NCBI GenBank assembly: GCA_002633005.1 | Contig: NMRA01000014.1 | Span: 796,955-860,954, forward strand | DNA length: 64,000 nt | Direction: 5' to 3' | Source of the DNA: Phoronis australis | Lineage: Eukaryota; Animalia; Phoronida | Shown here: piece after piece, positions 1 to 12,300 of the stretch | Layout of the letters: every line of letters starts with the position of its first letter | Numbering within the stretch: position 1 is the stretch's first letter | Notes under the pieces: generated by a model | What the model saw: the letters and a program-made list of their open reading frames with translations, nothing else | Database searches by the model: none | Told to the model about the DNA's origin: nothing | Translations under genes and position numbers: made by a program

Positions 1-13
1 GCTAACTCTTAAG

Positions 14-331
14 TGCTGTCCACACACAGACTTACCCTTGAACAAGTTACTCCTGAAATGAGTTGTCGCTAGAATTGAGTGCTATTTGAGCTAGCGCAAC
101 TTTCCCTACTTGTGACAACTTACTTCACCTGATCGAGGTAGGGTAACTTGTTCTAGGGTCATTTGCGCCACTTCTAATTGCTGTATGACTGAAAACCTAT
201 AGCGGGAAGGAAGCAATTATCAGCTGCAGTTACGTAACAGACAGGTCTTCTTTCGTGTGCCGTTATTCACATCAGCTGTTCATTGTCATGTACAAAGCGA
301 TAACTTCCAACTTAACACAGTTCTCAGGTGT

Positions 332-370
<39 letters not shown>

Positions 371-501
371 NNNNNNNNNNNNNNNNNNNNNNNNNNNNNN
401 NNNNNNNNNNNNNNNNNNNNGTGTGTGTGTGTGTGTGGACCCTCCACTGAGATGAGGGGTAAGCTGCACTAGTTCTAGGGTAAGTCTGTGTGTGGATGGC
501 A
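14..501. mobile_element. MITE-like element with ~33-bp TIRs enclosing a (GT)n microsatellite and a gap
   Basis: Left TGCTGTCCACACACAGACTTACCCTTGAACAAG versus reverse complement of the right end TGCCATCCACACACAGACTTACCCTAGAACTAG. Confidence 0.65.
328..437. repeat. (GT)n microsatellite spanning an assembly gap (N 371-420)
   Basis: Directly visible. Confidence 0.95.
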
Positions 502-1482
502 TTTTACTGCAACTTTACAAATATTATCCTTATGTGCGGGCTCCATATAACCTTACTCAGTTCTTACAAGCAGTATCCATACTCAGTGATGTGTGAGTCT
601 TCGCAAACCTTATCCACCGTCAATGAGTGTGCACTTTGACTACACACACACTATAGTGCCGTTACCAGCAATATATATCTATAAATATTTCAAAAAAATA
701 TGCCAGATTAATTCCACCAACGACTGTGACCCAAAAGGATTCACAAACACTGGAAATTTATGTTGTCCCTATTGGCAGACACTGACACTACACAGTCTGT
801 GTAGTACAAGTCATGCGTCAGCAAAAGCGGTTTTATGATACACACAATGATAGGATCATTAATTGAATCAACAAAACAGGTAGCTGCTACATAATTTTAC
901 CAGTATTAATCCACCGAAAATGGTGGGACTCTGAATCCTAGCAAATTTGCGTCCCACTGCAAAAAAATCCTAACAAAATTTGCTTGAATACACGGGACTA
1001 TTTCCCGCAGTTTTCACGTGGGAACAACACTTCTATGAGCTAATTATCATATCAAGATGCAGCAGCCTTGGCCACCACCAAGTTGTGTTGACCTGACCTA
1101 CTATAAGGAAAGATACCCAGCACAAATAACATCACAGACCTGTTGGCTTCGTAACCATTGAGGCTGTTTATGGACTAATATCCAACACTCCAAGTAGGCA
1201 AGCTAACACTATCAAGTGCTTGCCATTTAGTTAACATTAAGCTAGTGTAAGGCAGCTTGACACACTAGCACAAACTGACCAAGTAAGCTGGATACTAGCC
1301 TCACTGAAGCCAGCACAGGTGCACACTCGTCTGACAGTACGTAGAGCTAGATTGACATCCAATCAGAGAATGGTATAGTCACATTTGAAATCTGCTAGTC
1401 CTGCTTAGCAGACACTTCAGAGCCCTCTTTTGGAACAGACAGTTCTGGAAAGAAGAGACGAATGTTAACAGAGTAATTTATC

Positions 1483-2990
1483 AACGAGAGCTCTCGGAGG
1501 AGCGACACTTGGCGGAATTAATCGAAAAGACGACGAACACGATATCATTCATGTGACTAGCGAAGAAATCAAATTGAGAGCATACAATCAACTACAATAA
1601 AGAATGAAAGCCCGTTCAAAACTCCATCTAAAGTGGTAGTTTGGCAAACACAATAACATTCATGTGACTAGCGAAGAAATCAAATAGAGAGCATACAGTC
1701 AACTACATTAAAGAACAATAGATGGCGCAACATGACGGTCCAGTCTGCAGTAGGACAGTGCTGGCTGGGTCAGTCTAGGTCAACTACGCATAACCAAAAC
1801 AAAGCGAACTGAAAGCCAGCCAGCTGCGTGCTTGCAGAGGACCGAAGGAACAACGGTATCCAAAAATCTCGAATAATTCAAAAAGTAGACGTTGTAGCGC
1901 AAAATGGAAAATGTCTTCTGAAAGCCCGTTCAAAACTCTATCTAAAATGGTAGTTTGGAAAACACGATAACATTCATGTGACTAGCCAAGAAATCAAATA
2001 GAGAGCATACAATCAACTACAATAAAGAACAATAGATGGTGCAACATGACGGACGAGCCATGCTTTACAGTAGGACAGTGCTGGCTGGGTCTGTCTGGGT
2101 CAACTAGGCATAACCAAAACAAAGTGAACTGAAAGCCAGCCACCTGCGCGCTTGCATAGGAACAACGGTATCAGAAAATCTCGAATAATTCAAAAAGTAG
2201 ACGTCGTAGCGCAAAATGGAAAATATCTTCTGAAAGCCCGTTCAAATCTCTATCTAAAGTAGTAGTTTGGCAAAAATCCAAAAAATTTTCGAGAAAATTG
2301 AAAATTCGCCGTTTTTTTTTTTGAAATTCAAAGTCAAATAACTCGAAAACGGTAAGTCTGAGAAATACGCTCTCGCAGACTTTTTGAAAGGCCATACTTC
2401 AAGGAATCCACATGCAAAAATTCACGTCATTTGCTCTTCCCATAAAAAATGCGACACCAGAGCGATTGAAACCGTGTGAACATGCCCCACAGCCGCCATC
2501 TTGAAGGTGACTTCCGGTTCAATAATTTTTTATAAAAGCTTATTAAACTCAACAAACACGTGACCAGTTTGAAAGTGATTGGTTTGCAATTGCGCCCTCT
2601 ACAGGAGAAAACGTTTTTAGCCATATTTCGGTGTGCGCATGCACCACGTCCAATATTTCCGCCATCTTTAACCGGAAGTCAACGATTTTCTGCACAATTG
2701 TAGCACATGTGTTCTAGTATATTCGTACTGATTTTCAGCCATGTAGGTCGAAAAATGCAGCCTCTACGAGTATTTGACTGTGAAATCAGATACAAAATGG
2801 CCGCCACATCCGCCATTTTGTATCCGATCATGACCAAAAACAATAGCGTTCCAGTGATTCCCAATCTACATGTTGCGTGCAAATTTCGTGAAAATCGGAC
2901 GAAAATTGCGACCTGTAGAGAGCGAACAAACAAAAAAAAAAAAAAATGCTGTCAGACCAACATACTTCAAGTAATAAGTAAATTCAAGTA
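1483..2990. mobile_element. Composite non-autonomous interspersed repeat with internal tandem units; class uncertain (possibly Helitron/HINE-like)
   Basis: Three copies of CATTCATGTGACTAG..AAGAAATCAAAT.GAGAGCATACA (~1547, ~1657, ~1971) and two ~310-bp units. The distal part has CAAAATGGCCGCC/CCGCCATTTTG and AAATTTCGTGAAAATCGG motifs; related motifs recur near 7750, 25100 and 50870. Confidence 0.5.
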
Positions 2991-3217
2991 TGGGGATGAT
3001 ACAAGTCAAAAAGCCATAGGAAACCTGATATGACTGCCTCCCAATGATATCTTACAAAATAAATCCTTGGCAAAAAAAATAAATGAACAGCTTAAGGAAT
3101 GAATGTTTTGCGACCTGGAATTAGGAGATTTTTAAAACAGTGGCATGAAAATCTGGTCACGTTACAAATAATGGTTAATTGATCATGTTTTATTAAATAA
3201 AGATAACAAACCATCTA

Positions 3218-3346
3218 TTATAAGGGTCCACTTTGAGAATCTGGAGACATCTGTGCTTGTGAGGACAGCGGTTCATTCGGAAAATAAATACTTGGCTCTG
3301 TGTTTCTTCTCTTGATTTTGTTTTTGATCTTCTTCAGCATAGTTGC
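3218..3346 (-). CDS. DGKQ: DGK-theta exon 22 (terminal, TAA)
   Basis: TTACAG| [42 protein letters not shown]; minus-strand AATAAA at 3189-3194. Confidence 0.85.
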   Translation of the reverse strand, partial: ATMLKKIKNKIKRRNTEPSIYFPNEPLSSQAQMSPDSQSGPL

Positions 3347-6300
3347 CTGTAAAAACAAAATGTGTGACAAAATCAGAATGATGGCTGATGAAACATCACG
3401 AATACACAGTAGAGTACCCTAAGAAGCTTTTGATGCCACTTCTATAAAGCATATGATAAGTAACTGTCAGTGTTAAGTTCTACTCTAATCCACCCAATTC
3501 ATTATGAATGCGTACTTCAAATGACACCAAGTATACCCCATGTCTTCCTTATCTAGTATAATTAAAAGTTGTGTCACTGCTCGATCTTGCGCAAGTCACG
3601 ATATTACTAAATCTGCTCATTGCACGAGTTTGAAAATCATTGTATTACTAAGGTGGCAGATTGAATGAGTTTGAAGAAGTCATTGTATAACGAACTTGGT
3701 TTATTGTATGAGTTTGAACAAGTCATTGTATAACTATTTTCACTTACCATGACTTTGAACACAATTATTGAAAGCTAACTTGGCTTAGGGTTAGAGTTTG
3801 AACAGGCCATTGTGTAACTCATTTGTCTTACTGCATTAGCTTTTAAAGTTACAGCAGTGTTGCAAGGACACAAATAATATATCAGGCATGTCAACTGGTG
3901 AACCATTTCACAAATTCTCTGTCTGTTAAGGTAGGTTAACAATTTAGTTTATAGATGTTGTTTGTGTGATGGTGCTAAATACAAATTATAAGTATCATGA
4001 ATGGAAAATACTCATTGTCACTAGCTCCAGCATAACTGGCATCTATAAGACTGTTATATAACTGGAGCTAAAACAGACTTCTGCAAATGTGGACGTGAAG
4101 CCTAACAGTGTATTTGCACAACACAGTGAAACTGGTGGCACAAATAAGGAACTGCAACATGATGTGGATCAATTAGGACAAGATGTGGGTCAAATAGGCA
4201 TGAAATGACCTGGCATGATTGGGCCAACAAGGACATGACCCAAGTTAACTAGGACATGATGTGGGGGAACTAGGACATGATGTGAGTCAACTAGGACATG
4301 ACACAGGTCATGTGGGTCAATTAAGTCATGATGTGGTTAACTAGGACATAGTGTGGGTCAACTAGCACACATGATGTGGGTAAACTAGGTCATGATGTGG
4401 GTCGACTAGGACATGATATGGGTCACCTAGGTCACTCAAAGAATGGCAACAAAAAGAAATTAGGACATGGTGTGTCAACTAGGACATGATGTGGGTCAAC
4501 TAGGACATGATGTATGTGGGTCAACTAGGTCCTGTGGGTCAACCAGGTCATGATGTGGGTAAACCAGGTCATGGTGTGGGTAAAACAAGTCATGATGTGG
4601 GTAAACTAAGTCATCATGTGGGTAAATTAGTTAATGATGTGGGTCAACTAGGACATGATAAGTGTCACCTAGGCTACTCAAAGAATGACAACCACAATAA
4701 CAAAATTAGTTTGGTGGAACTCCTGTAACATTTAAATTATAATTCTAAAAAACAAAAAAATCAAATTTTAATATGAAAACCCCAAAACTGACCTTTATGC
4801 TAAAAGTATAATCCCAAACTTTAATGTCCCACAAGAAAGACCTCTTATGACCAGCACAGCAACTGATTAGCAATGCTTTCTCTAATTTCAATGATGACAT
4901 CATTTCCAGACAACCAAACCAAGCAGACACTGTGACCTCGTTCATGAATGGGAGAGGCATTGCCTCTGTAATTACCTGACATGTCAGTAAGTGAATGTGT
5001 CTACTACATATATTTTGGTAAATGAATTATGGGAATATCTTAATCCTAGGACTGATGTTAGCCATATTTGCTCACAGAGGTCAGGATATTGTGAGCGATT
5101 GAGTGGGATATGCATTTGATACTATTATGCTTTTATTACTACTGTTAATATTAAGTGAATACACAAAATCTATCAGAGCCAGTCTTGTCAGCTAGTGAAT
5201 GTTTTTCATTCACTTGTCATAAACAGGTACTGAAATAAAGATTACTACCTACCTGCTGCCTGTTTTAAGTTTTCAGGTAATAATCATTATTTCAATACGA
5301 TTAACGACACCAGTATGAATATTCATTACACCACGTCTAACTTAGTTTAACGTGTATACAGAGCAGTAGAATGATTTAGAAAAATACCTTGAGGGCTGAT
5401 CTGAGGACTACAACTTGCCCGGCTGGTTGAACCCAAGGTTCACCATCCACTTGGACAGGAACATCCGTCAACAGCGTGATACGAATCTACAACCAAATCG
5501 GCAAGATTACAACAAAATTAACGTAAAACATCATGAGTCGAAATCATAAAAGAGAAATTCTCGGTGAGTAAAGTAATTTTACAGAAATGAGCAGTAATGT
5601 GGAATTAGACATACAAACTCCTGAGTAGCAGCTGAACACTCTACCATAGTCCCATGTGGTAAGTAGCTGATAATTTCAAATGCATTTAAAAGGTAGAGAC
5701 ACTGGCCTTGATTTCAACAAGTGCCTGACAAGAATTGGCCATTTGTAATTAAGTCACAAAAAAATAACAGACTTTGTCACTCAATAACCCAGATCAAAGC
5801 TAATTATTTTAACAAGTCTCTCCTATCCAGCAATAATCCCCAAAATGCATTTTTGTCGGTAAAGCCACCAGGTGTCCCTTTAAACAATAAGCTATGATGA
5901 AACGGAAAGTCAGTACAATAGACAATATGCGAGTTGCCAAACTGAGCAGTGAAGGGAGCCAAAATTGCCACCTCATTGCAAATATCTATACCTTTGCCCA
6001 TGGAAAACCAGCACGTCTTACAAACTTACGTGAATTAGCTACAGTGCAGTAACAGGTTAGCACCAGGACAACAGAGGAAGGTCTATTACACATTGACAGT
6101 CGACTGCGATAATACTGGGTCAGCAAGCAACTAGTTGGCAGCCAAGAGTCAGCAGTAAAAGTTTGCACTGAAGTCTGACGCCGGTCAACTAAAATTTTTG
6201 CAGTCCAGCTGGCCAGTTTACCGAACCGTCAACAACCAGTTGCCGACTTGTTTCCCAACACTAGCAGAAAGAGTAGCCACTTGTGATGCATAGCAATTAC

Positions 6301-9300
6301 TTTCAACAGAAGGACGAGTAAGTCTCACAGTTCTACAAATAATAATAATCGCTCAGTCAGACTCTACTAGAAAGAATGACAATGACTTACGCTGGAAGCC
6401 TGAGCCAGCCTGACTCCACTTCTGAGACCACCTTGTATCTGACCCATATGGACAACTCCTGTGACTCCCACTACCTCTAACATGCCATCATAGTGTGTTG
6501 GAGGGTTGAAGTGGTCCTCCTTCTCTGGACCCCACGGGTTAGCACCGGAGGCCCAACTGAAACAGTAAGTAGGGCAGATGAGTGCAGAGCATTTTCACTG
6601 GTATGGCATGTCACTGTATGTTGTAGTCACTTTGATCAACTCAAGAAAACCTAAAAGCAATCAATGATTTTGGTCACAACCGCTGCACACCTAACAGAAT
6701 CAAAGACTATTTTACTGACCAAGAGATTTTCCAGACACAGGCATTGATGCTGTTATGACAAATAATCCAGCTAAAATCTTGGCGATCGTGGCGATGGTCA
6801 ACAAAACGAAGATACCCGGGTAATGAACGATAAACGTTATAATCAAAGTATTGAATTTTTGGCCGACATTTGTAATTTGCTCCAAACTTGAGATTAGATT
6901 TTTTTTAAAAGGAAAAATAGCCTTGTGGCAATCTTGAAAATGGCATAGTTGCTAAAATTTGGCAGTCCAGTCAATATCTTTATAGAAATTGGTTTCAACT
7001 TGATCTTCCATCCAACTAAATGGAAACGCATGTGAATCGGTTTGTTTACTCTACCTAATTAGATATTCAAGATGGTGAACGAAGTCGTGGACTCGTATGT
7101 TGTGCAATTTCTGCAATTATTCTGGTTGTTTAGAGTTTTGGATGTACCGACTTTAATGTCGAATTTGGACTAACATTATAAGGGTATTGACTAAAAATGC
7201 AGTGAAAGACACGGGACTGAGAGAAAACATAGGCTTGACAGTAAGGAAAATATATACTAAATATGCGGCTCACTTTACGAAAACACAAATAGTCTTCATT
7301 TGGACGGTCTGCTTCATGGAAGACAGGACATTGCTGCTAAAATCTTTACCTCTGTGTTAGCTTTTGGGCTTAGTCGATATTGGCATCTCTAGTATGAATG
7401 TCACATTCTTTTTTGAGTAAAATGTTTCCGCATACTGTTTCAGACACATCTGTATATACTTCCATTAAACGAATGGGCTTTGTTGTATCAATGACACTTT
7501 TACCTCCACTTCACTGCACTACGTTACTACAAAGGTGGATACACCATTACATTGCCCCACAGCCACAACAGTACCGACGGACTACCAACCCTCATGGCAA
7601 CTCCCGTGTTCGGTCATTTTTTGGAACATTTGGACTCCCAGTTTGGGAATCCTGTATAAAACCCTGATTCTCAATGTAATGCTGGAAACGTATTGATGAA
7701 AATGCCTCAAGAATCTCATTTGTCAGATTCATAAGAACACATCTGTTAAATTTCATGAAAATCTTACAAGGAGGTTAAGAGACAGAGCAGCAGATGTTGG
7801 ACACCCTGACATAGATGACAGCATTATGCACTCACATCATCTACAAGTGGGCACATAATACAACCACGGCGCTGAAAAAAAGTTCAAAAAATAGAGCCAA
7901 GCCTTTAGTAAGGATATAGTCCAAACATTGAGTTACCTGAGAATATTGAGAATGATAATGCCTTCAATAGGGGGCATATCAAGAATCTTCCCATCACATT
8001 CAATTCGCACTAAGCGGTTGAGATCTTTAGTTGACCTTCTGTTCACCATCTTTCGTAAGCTAAGCTTGAAATAGACACTTTTGTTGTGCAAGCTGCAAGA
8101 AACAAGTACAGGTACACAGTTCAGTATTATATGTACATGAAAGAAAGACAAGATTTAGACCAACAAAGAAAGTGACACCCAAGCAGGTATTACAAATATG
8201 GACCAACATATCAATCAAAATATGTCATAGATTGGATAGGAAACAAATGCTTCAATATGCAAGTAATGTCTCTCATTCTGAACAGCTGATTCCGACACTC
8301 GTTAGTTACCGGCTATTGAATCTATCAGGATTCTCCTCCCTGGCATTGTGGAAGTCGAGACAGATTTCAGCTTCAACTCCAATACCAAAATAGCTATTCA
8401 TTACATAGATAGCAGTCTGGTCCTCATTGGTGTCTGCCGCATTGGTATCGTTGGCTAGAGCTACTTTTGTCTCGTTAGTTTCTTTCTCGTTTGGATGGAA
8501 GATAACCGTCCACCTGAAATTAGTAAGTAAACACACTACAACACACTTCAAAACGTCATGTTTCTAAAGAAACAAAATTTAGAGTGTTGCAAAAGTGTAC
8601 AACTCCTCAACTCCGTGAAAATAATTTGATTTAGACCATTAATAATGCTTTCAGGTCTTGGAATGACTAATGACAAAAGATTTTCCAGTTGATCTATCGT
8701 TCTACAAATAGGCTTGTGTGATAGAAATACATGTTGTGTTGTAAAATTTGACTGAAATAAATGTTTTTGCATGAGTAAAGTCAAAATAATGATGAGAAAG
8801 AGACGAAAAAGAGGAAACTGGAAATCAAATGAGGGTTTATCGAAACCAAAAAAGAGAAAATCCAAGAGGGAAGTACCAAGCCCTGTATAAAACTGGTCTC
8901 AGCTTGGTATTTGTTCCAACAGGAAGTGGTTTCAGGGGTTGCACAGAGCAGACAGAATAAAAATAGCACTACTCAAGACTACTTCAATCATTTGCCTTGT
9001 AAAGCAGATAGAGTTGAGGCCTCTCAAGCCATAATGAAGATTTAAAACATGGGCCAGAAACTTTGAAAGCTGGTGAAGCAGCAGATTTGAATAGATTTAA
9101 AGAGAACACCAAGTAATGTTCTTCGTCATCAAGTTCAAAGACACATGGTAGCAGAGGACATCCTAGCACTAATCTGGATGCCCTAGCAATGAGGTCCAAT
9201 GTATCATTTGGATGCCTATTGTCAATCAAAATTTCTCCAGTTTGGACACCACACATTGTAAGGGAAATTTCAAATGATTACTAGGATGTCCAGTTAATGA

Positions 9301-12300
9301 GAGAGGCACATCTGATTGGTTGGTGATGGTTTAAGAGAGATGACATCAGAAGAGTTCACAAGCACTGGCAGGAAGCAATATACAGTGTTGCAATGTTCGA
9401 AACTAGGTTCAAAGTAATGACAATTCAATATGTGTCAAGCATTAGCTCATGTTTGGTTGCCATTGCAGTTTCTGCTCTCAGTAGTCTTATCTCCAGTAAT
9501 TCAGTACTCCATGTAGGGACACGTACCTTAGTGTAACTCCAAACTCATGTTTCTGAGCTGTAAGTTCATGATTTTCATCTTTTGTTAAAAAACATCAAAC
9601 GCAAAATAAATGTCATTATTTTAACACTATACTGTGCCACAACAATTTGTCTTTTTAACATTTTTGAGTCTGAGCCTGTTTCATGCTATTCAATGTACAT
9701 TTAATGTTTTAATATGGACCAGCAATAATACCCGATGCAAAAATATAAACCACACATCTTGTGTTGGCAACTCCAGCTCTGATGACATATAGTGCATGGA
9801 AACAAATGGAAAAATCTGCCATTTTTTACGAGACAATCAGATTTGAAAACTTCCTTCATAAAGAACCTGTTGATTGAAAAAAATTATATATTTTTTGTGG
9901 AAATTTCGGTGATCTCAGAAAAAAAATGTTCTTAAAGAAACACCTGGACATTATTTTTCATGCAAAAATTCATGTTCTCATCAAATTTAAAAATACATCA
10001 ATTTATCGATGAACAATTAATACTTTAATTTGATAATAGCAAATTAGCTTTATGTTGACTTGATTCAACAATACTGTGGTGAAACAAGTTTCACAAAGCA
10101 GCAAAAAGTGATACTTGTGTTATAACAGACAACACACCTGTCTAGTTTGATTTCCTCGGCTTCCGTGACGTCCCTGAGAATGTTGAGTGGGTCCTCAGCC
10201 CCGGAATAGCCAGGTCCCCAGCGCAGCACACGGGCAAGATCATTACCTGCAACATAGCTTATAGGTAGACTATGTACGAACAACTCTCATCCTGGTAATG
10301 GTCGGATATTACATGCCCGAATTTTGAGAACCAGTTTTCTCCACTGAGTAATAGGCATCAAACTGATCCTCAAAACATACTTAGGTACACGAGACATGAC
10401 ACAATCGACAGCCAATCTTCATCAACATAAACAATAAAGTTATTGAATGCAAAGCAGTACAAGATTACGCACCTGTTCCAAGCGGGACAATGCCCATGGG
10501 AGGCGACTGACAAAGTGCGTCCTGGCCGACATTATCAAGACAAGACAAGACCCAGCCGACGGAGCCATCCCCTCCACAAACCAGGATCTTGTAGTGAGGC
10601 AGGTTACGGCACACATACAGACTACAACAAACACAGCACGTGTAAGGCTGGTGATAATGATTATGGTGCTGGTCGTGATGGTGGTGAAGGCACTGAACAT
10701 GATGACTGTGAATGTTGACGATGGTGGCAATGATGATTGTGCTGGTGGTGGTGGTGGTGGGTGGTGGTGAATGTTGACAATGGTGGCAATGATGATGGTG
10801 GTGATAGCAATGATGACAGTGGTGGTGGCGATGATGCTGGCAATGATTGTGGTGGTAGTGGTAATGGCGAAGGCAATGAGTACGATGATGGTGAATGTTG
10901 AAGACGGTGGTGGTGGTGGTGATGATGGTGGTGATAGCAATTGTGATGGTGGTGGTGGTGGTAAAGGCAATGAGAATATTAATGGTTAATGTTGATGGTG
11001 GCAATGATGATGGTGGTGGAGATGGTGGTGGTGGTGGCGATGATGGTGGTGATAGTGGTGAAGGCAATGAATATGATGATGGCGAATGTTGAAGTTGGTG
11101 GTGGTGGTGATGATGATGCTGGTAATGAAGACGACGATGAAGCTAGTGATGGTAATGATGAGAATAAAGAGCAGTGGAGGAGGCTGCCACCAACACTGCT
11201 GCATAACCTTGACAATCACTGACCCAACAGACAATGGCATCAAGCAAATATTGTTAGATAAGAATACTGACAAAAAGACCCTTAACCACAAGCAGTCTTG
11301 TTGAACACATTCAAGCTTTGGCTTAAAGTAACTGCCAATATGTTTAAAGTACTCACACTTAAACATTAAATTTCACATTTTTAAAATCCTTGATGATCAC
11401 AGAAAAGTATTTCATGGAACAAAATAATGCCCAGCTATTTGTAATCACGTGATCACATTCCTTCTATACAAAAGATCTTCATGGAAATTGCAGCAACTGT
11501 TTCAAGAGCAAAGCGAACCAGTGAAATCCACAGACTAGACTGCAAACAGTGGTGTAATTTGTCTACTATATCAAAACAGAACTGGACTGGTGTTGGCACA
11601 ACCTTAGCAGTCACCAAGTTGCCCAAGGCGACTAAGTTTTAAGCCAGGTGTCAAAACTTCCCCACTTCTGTCACCTAGTTGGCGACCTAGCTTTATAATT
11701 AGCAATTATAATAAGTTTTTTAATTTGTAATCATTTAAGAAATCATGTTGACATTTACAAGCAAAGTAACTCGATTGCACGGTGGAATATTTTCCCAGTA
11801 AACATTTTTTAACATGTTTTCGACAGATGGCAAATCGAGGGAATACTGCAACAATATTTGGGTAAAGTCAGTATTTTCCATTTATATTCGACTACGTTTC
11901 CGCAATTTCGAAGACAAATTTGAATAAATGCATCATTTTCCGGCGGTAACCACATAATGCAAAGTCTCATGCAGCAAATACATGTGCGTAGCTATATCTA
12001 GACCAATTAAAACACCCGCCACTAAAACACATCTGGGTCAATCCAAAACATCTGCTCGCTGTGCAGAAATTGAGAGACGAGCTTGAAAAAATTGTGCAGT
12101 AGATTGTGTGGCGTTTTGTAGCCAATGTCCTCATATCCCATAACGCGAGCAGTGTAAAAATAGCCAGTTGCCGATCTGGGCAACAGAACAAAGGACTTTT
12201 CAAAAAAGGGTTGATTACGCCTGGGGAATTTCTTCGAGCTGGGAAGAGTTTAAAAACATCAACGGCCTCCAAAGGTGTCCCTCTATGCATACAAAAGGTA

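Noticed and set aside
4507-4728. Repetitive peptide ORFs here and at 17435-17697, 20843-21097 and 32484-32885
   Set aside because: Translations of intronic minisatellites with DNA-level, not protein-level, repeat conservation.
10440-11366. Cluster of His/Pro/Thr/Val-rich ORFs up to 200 aa
   Set aside because: Produced by the GGT/GAT array; only 10473-10621 is a real exon.
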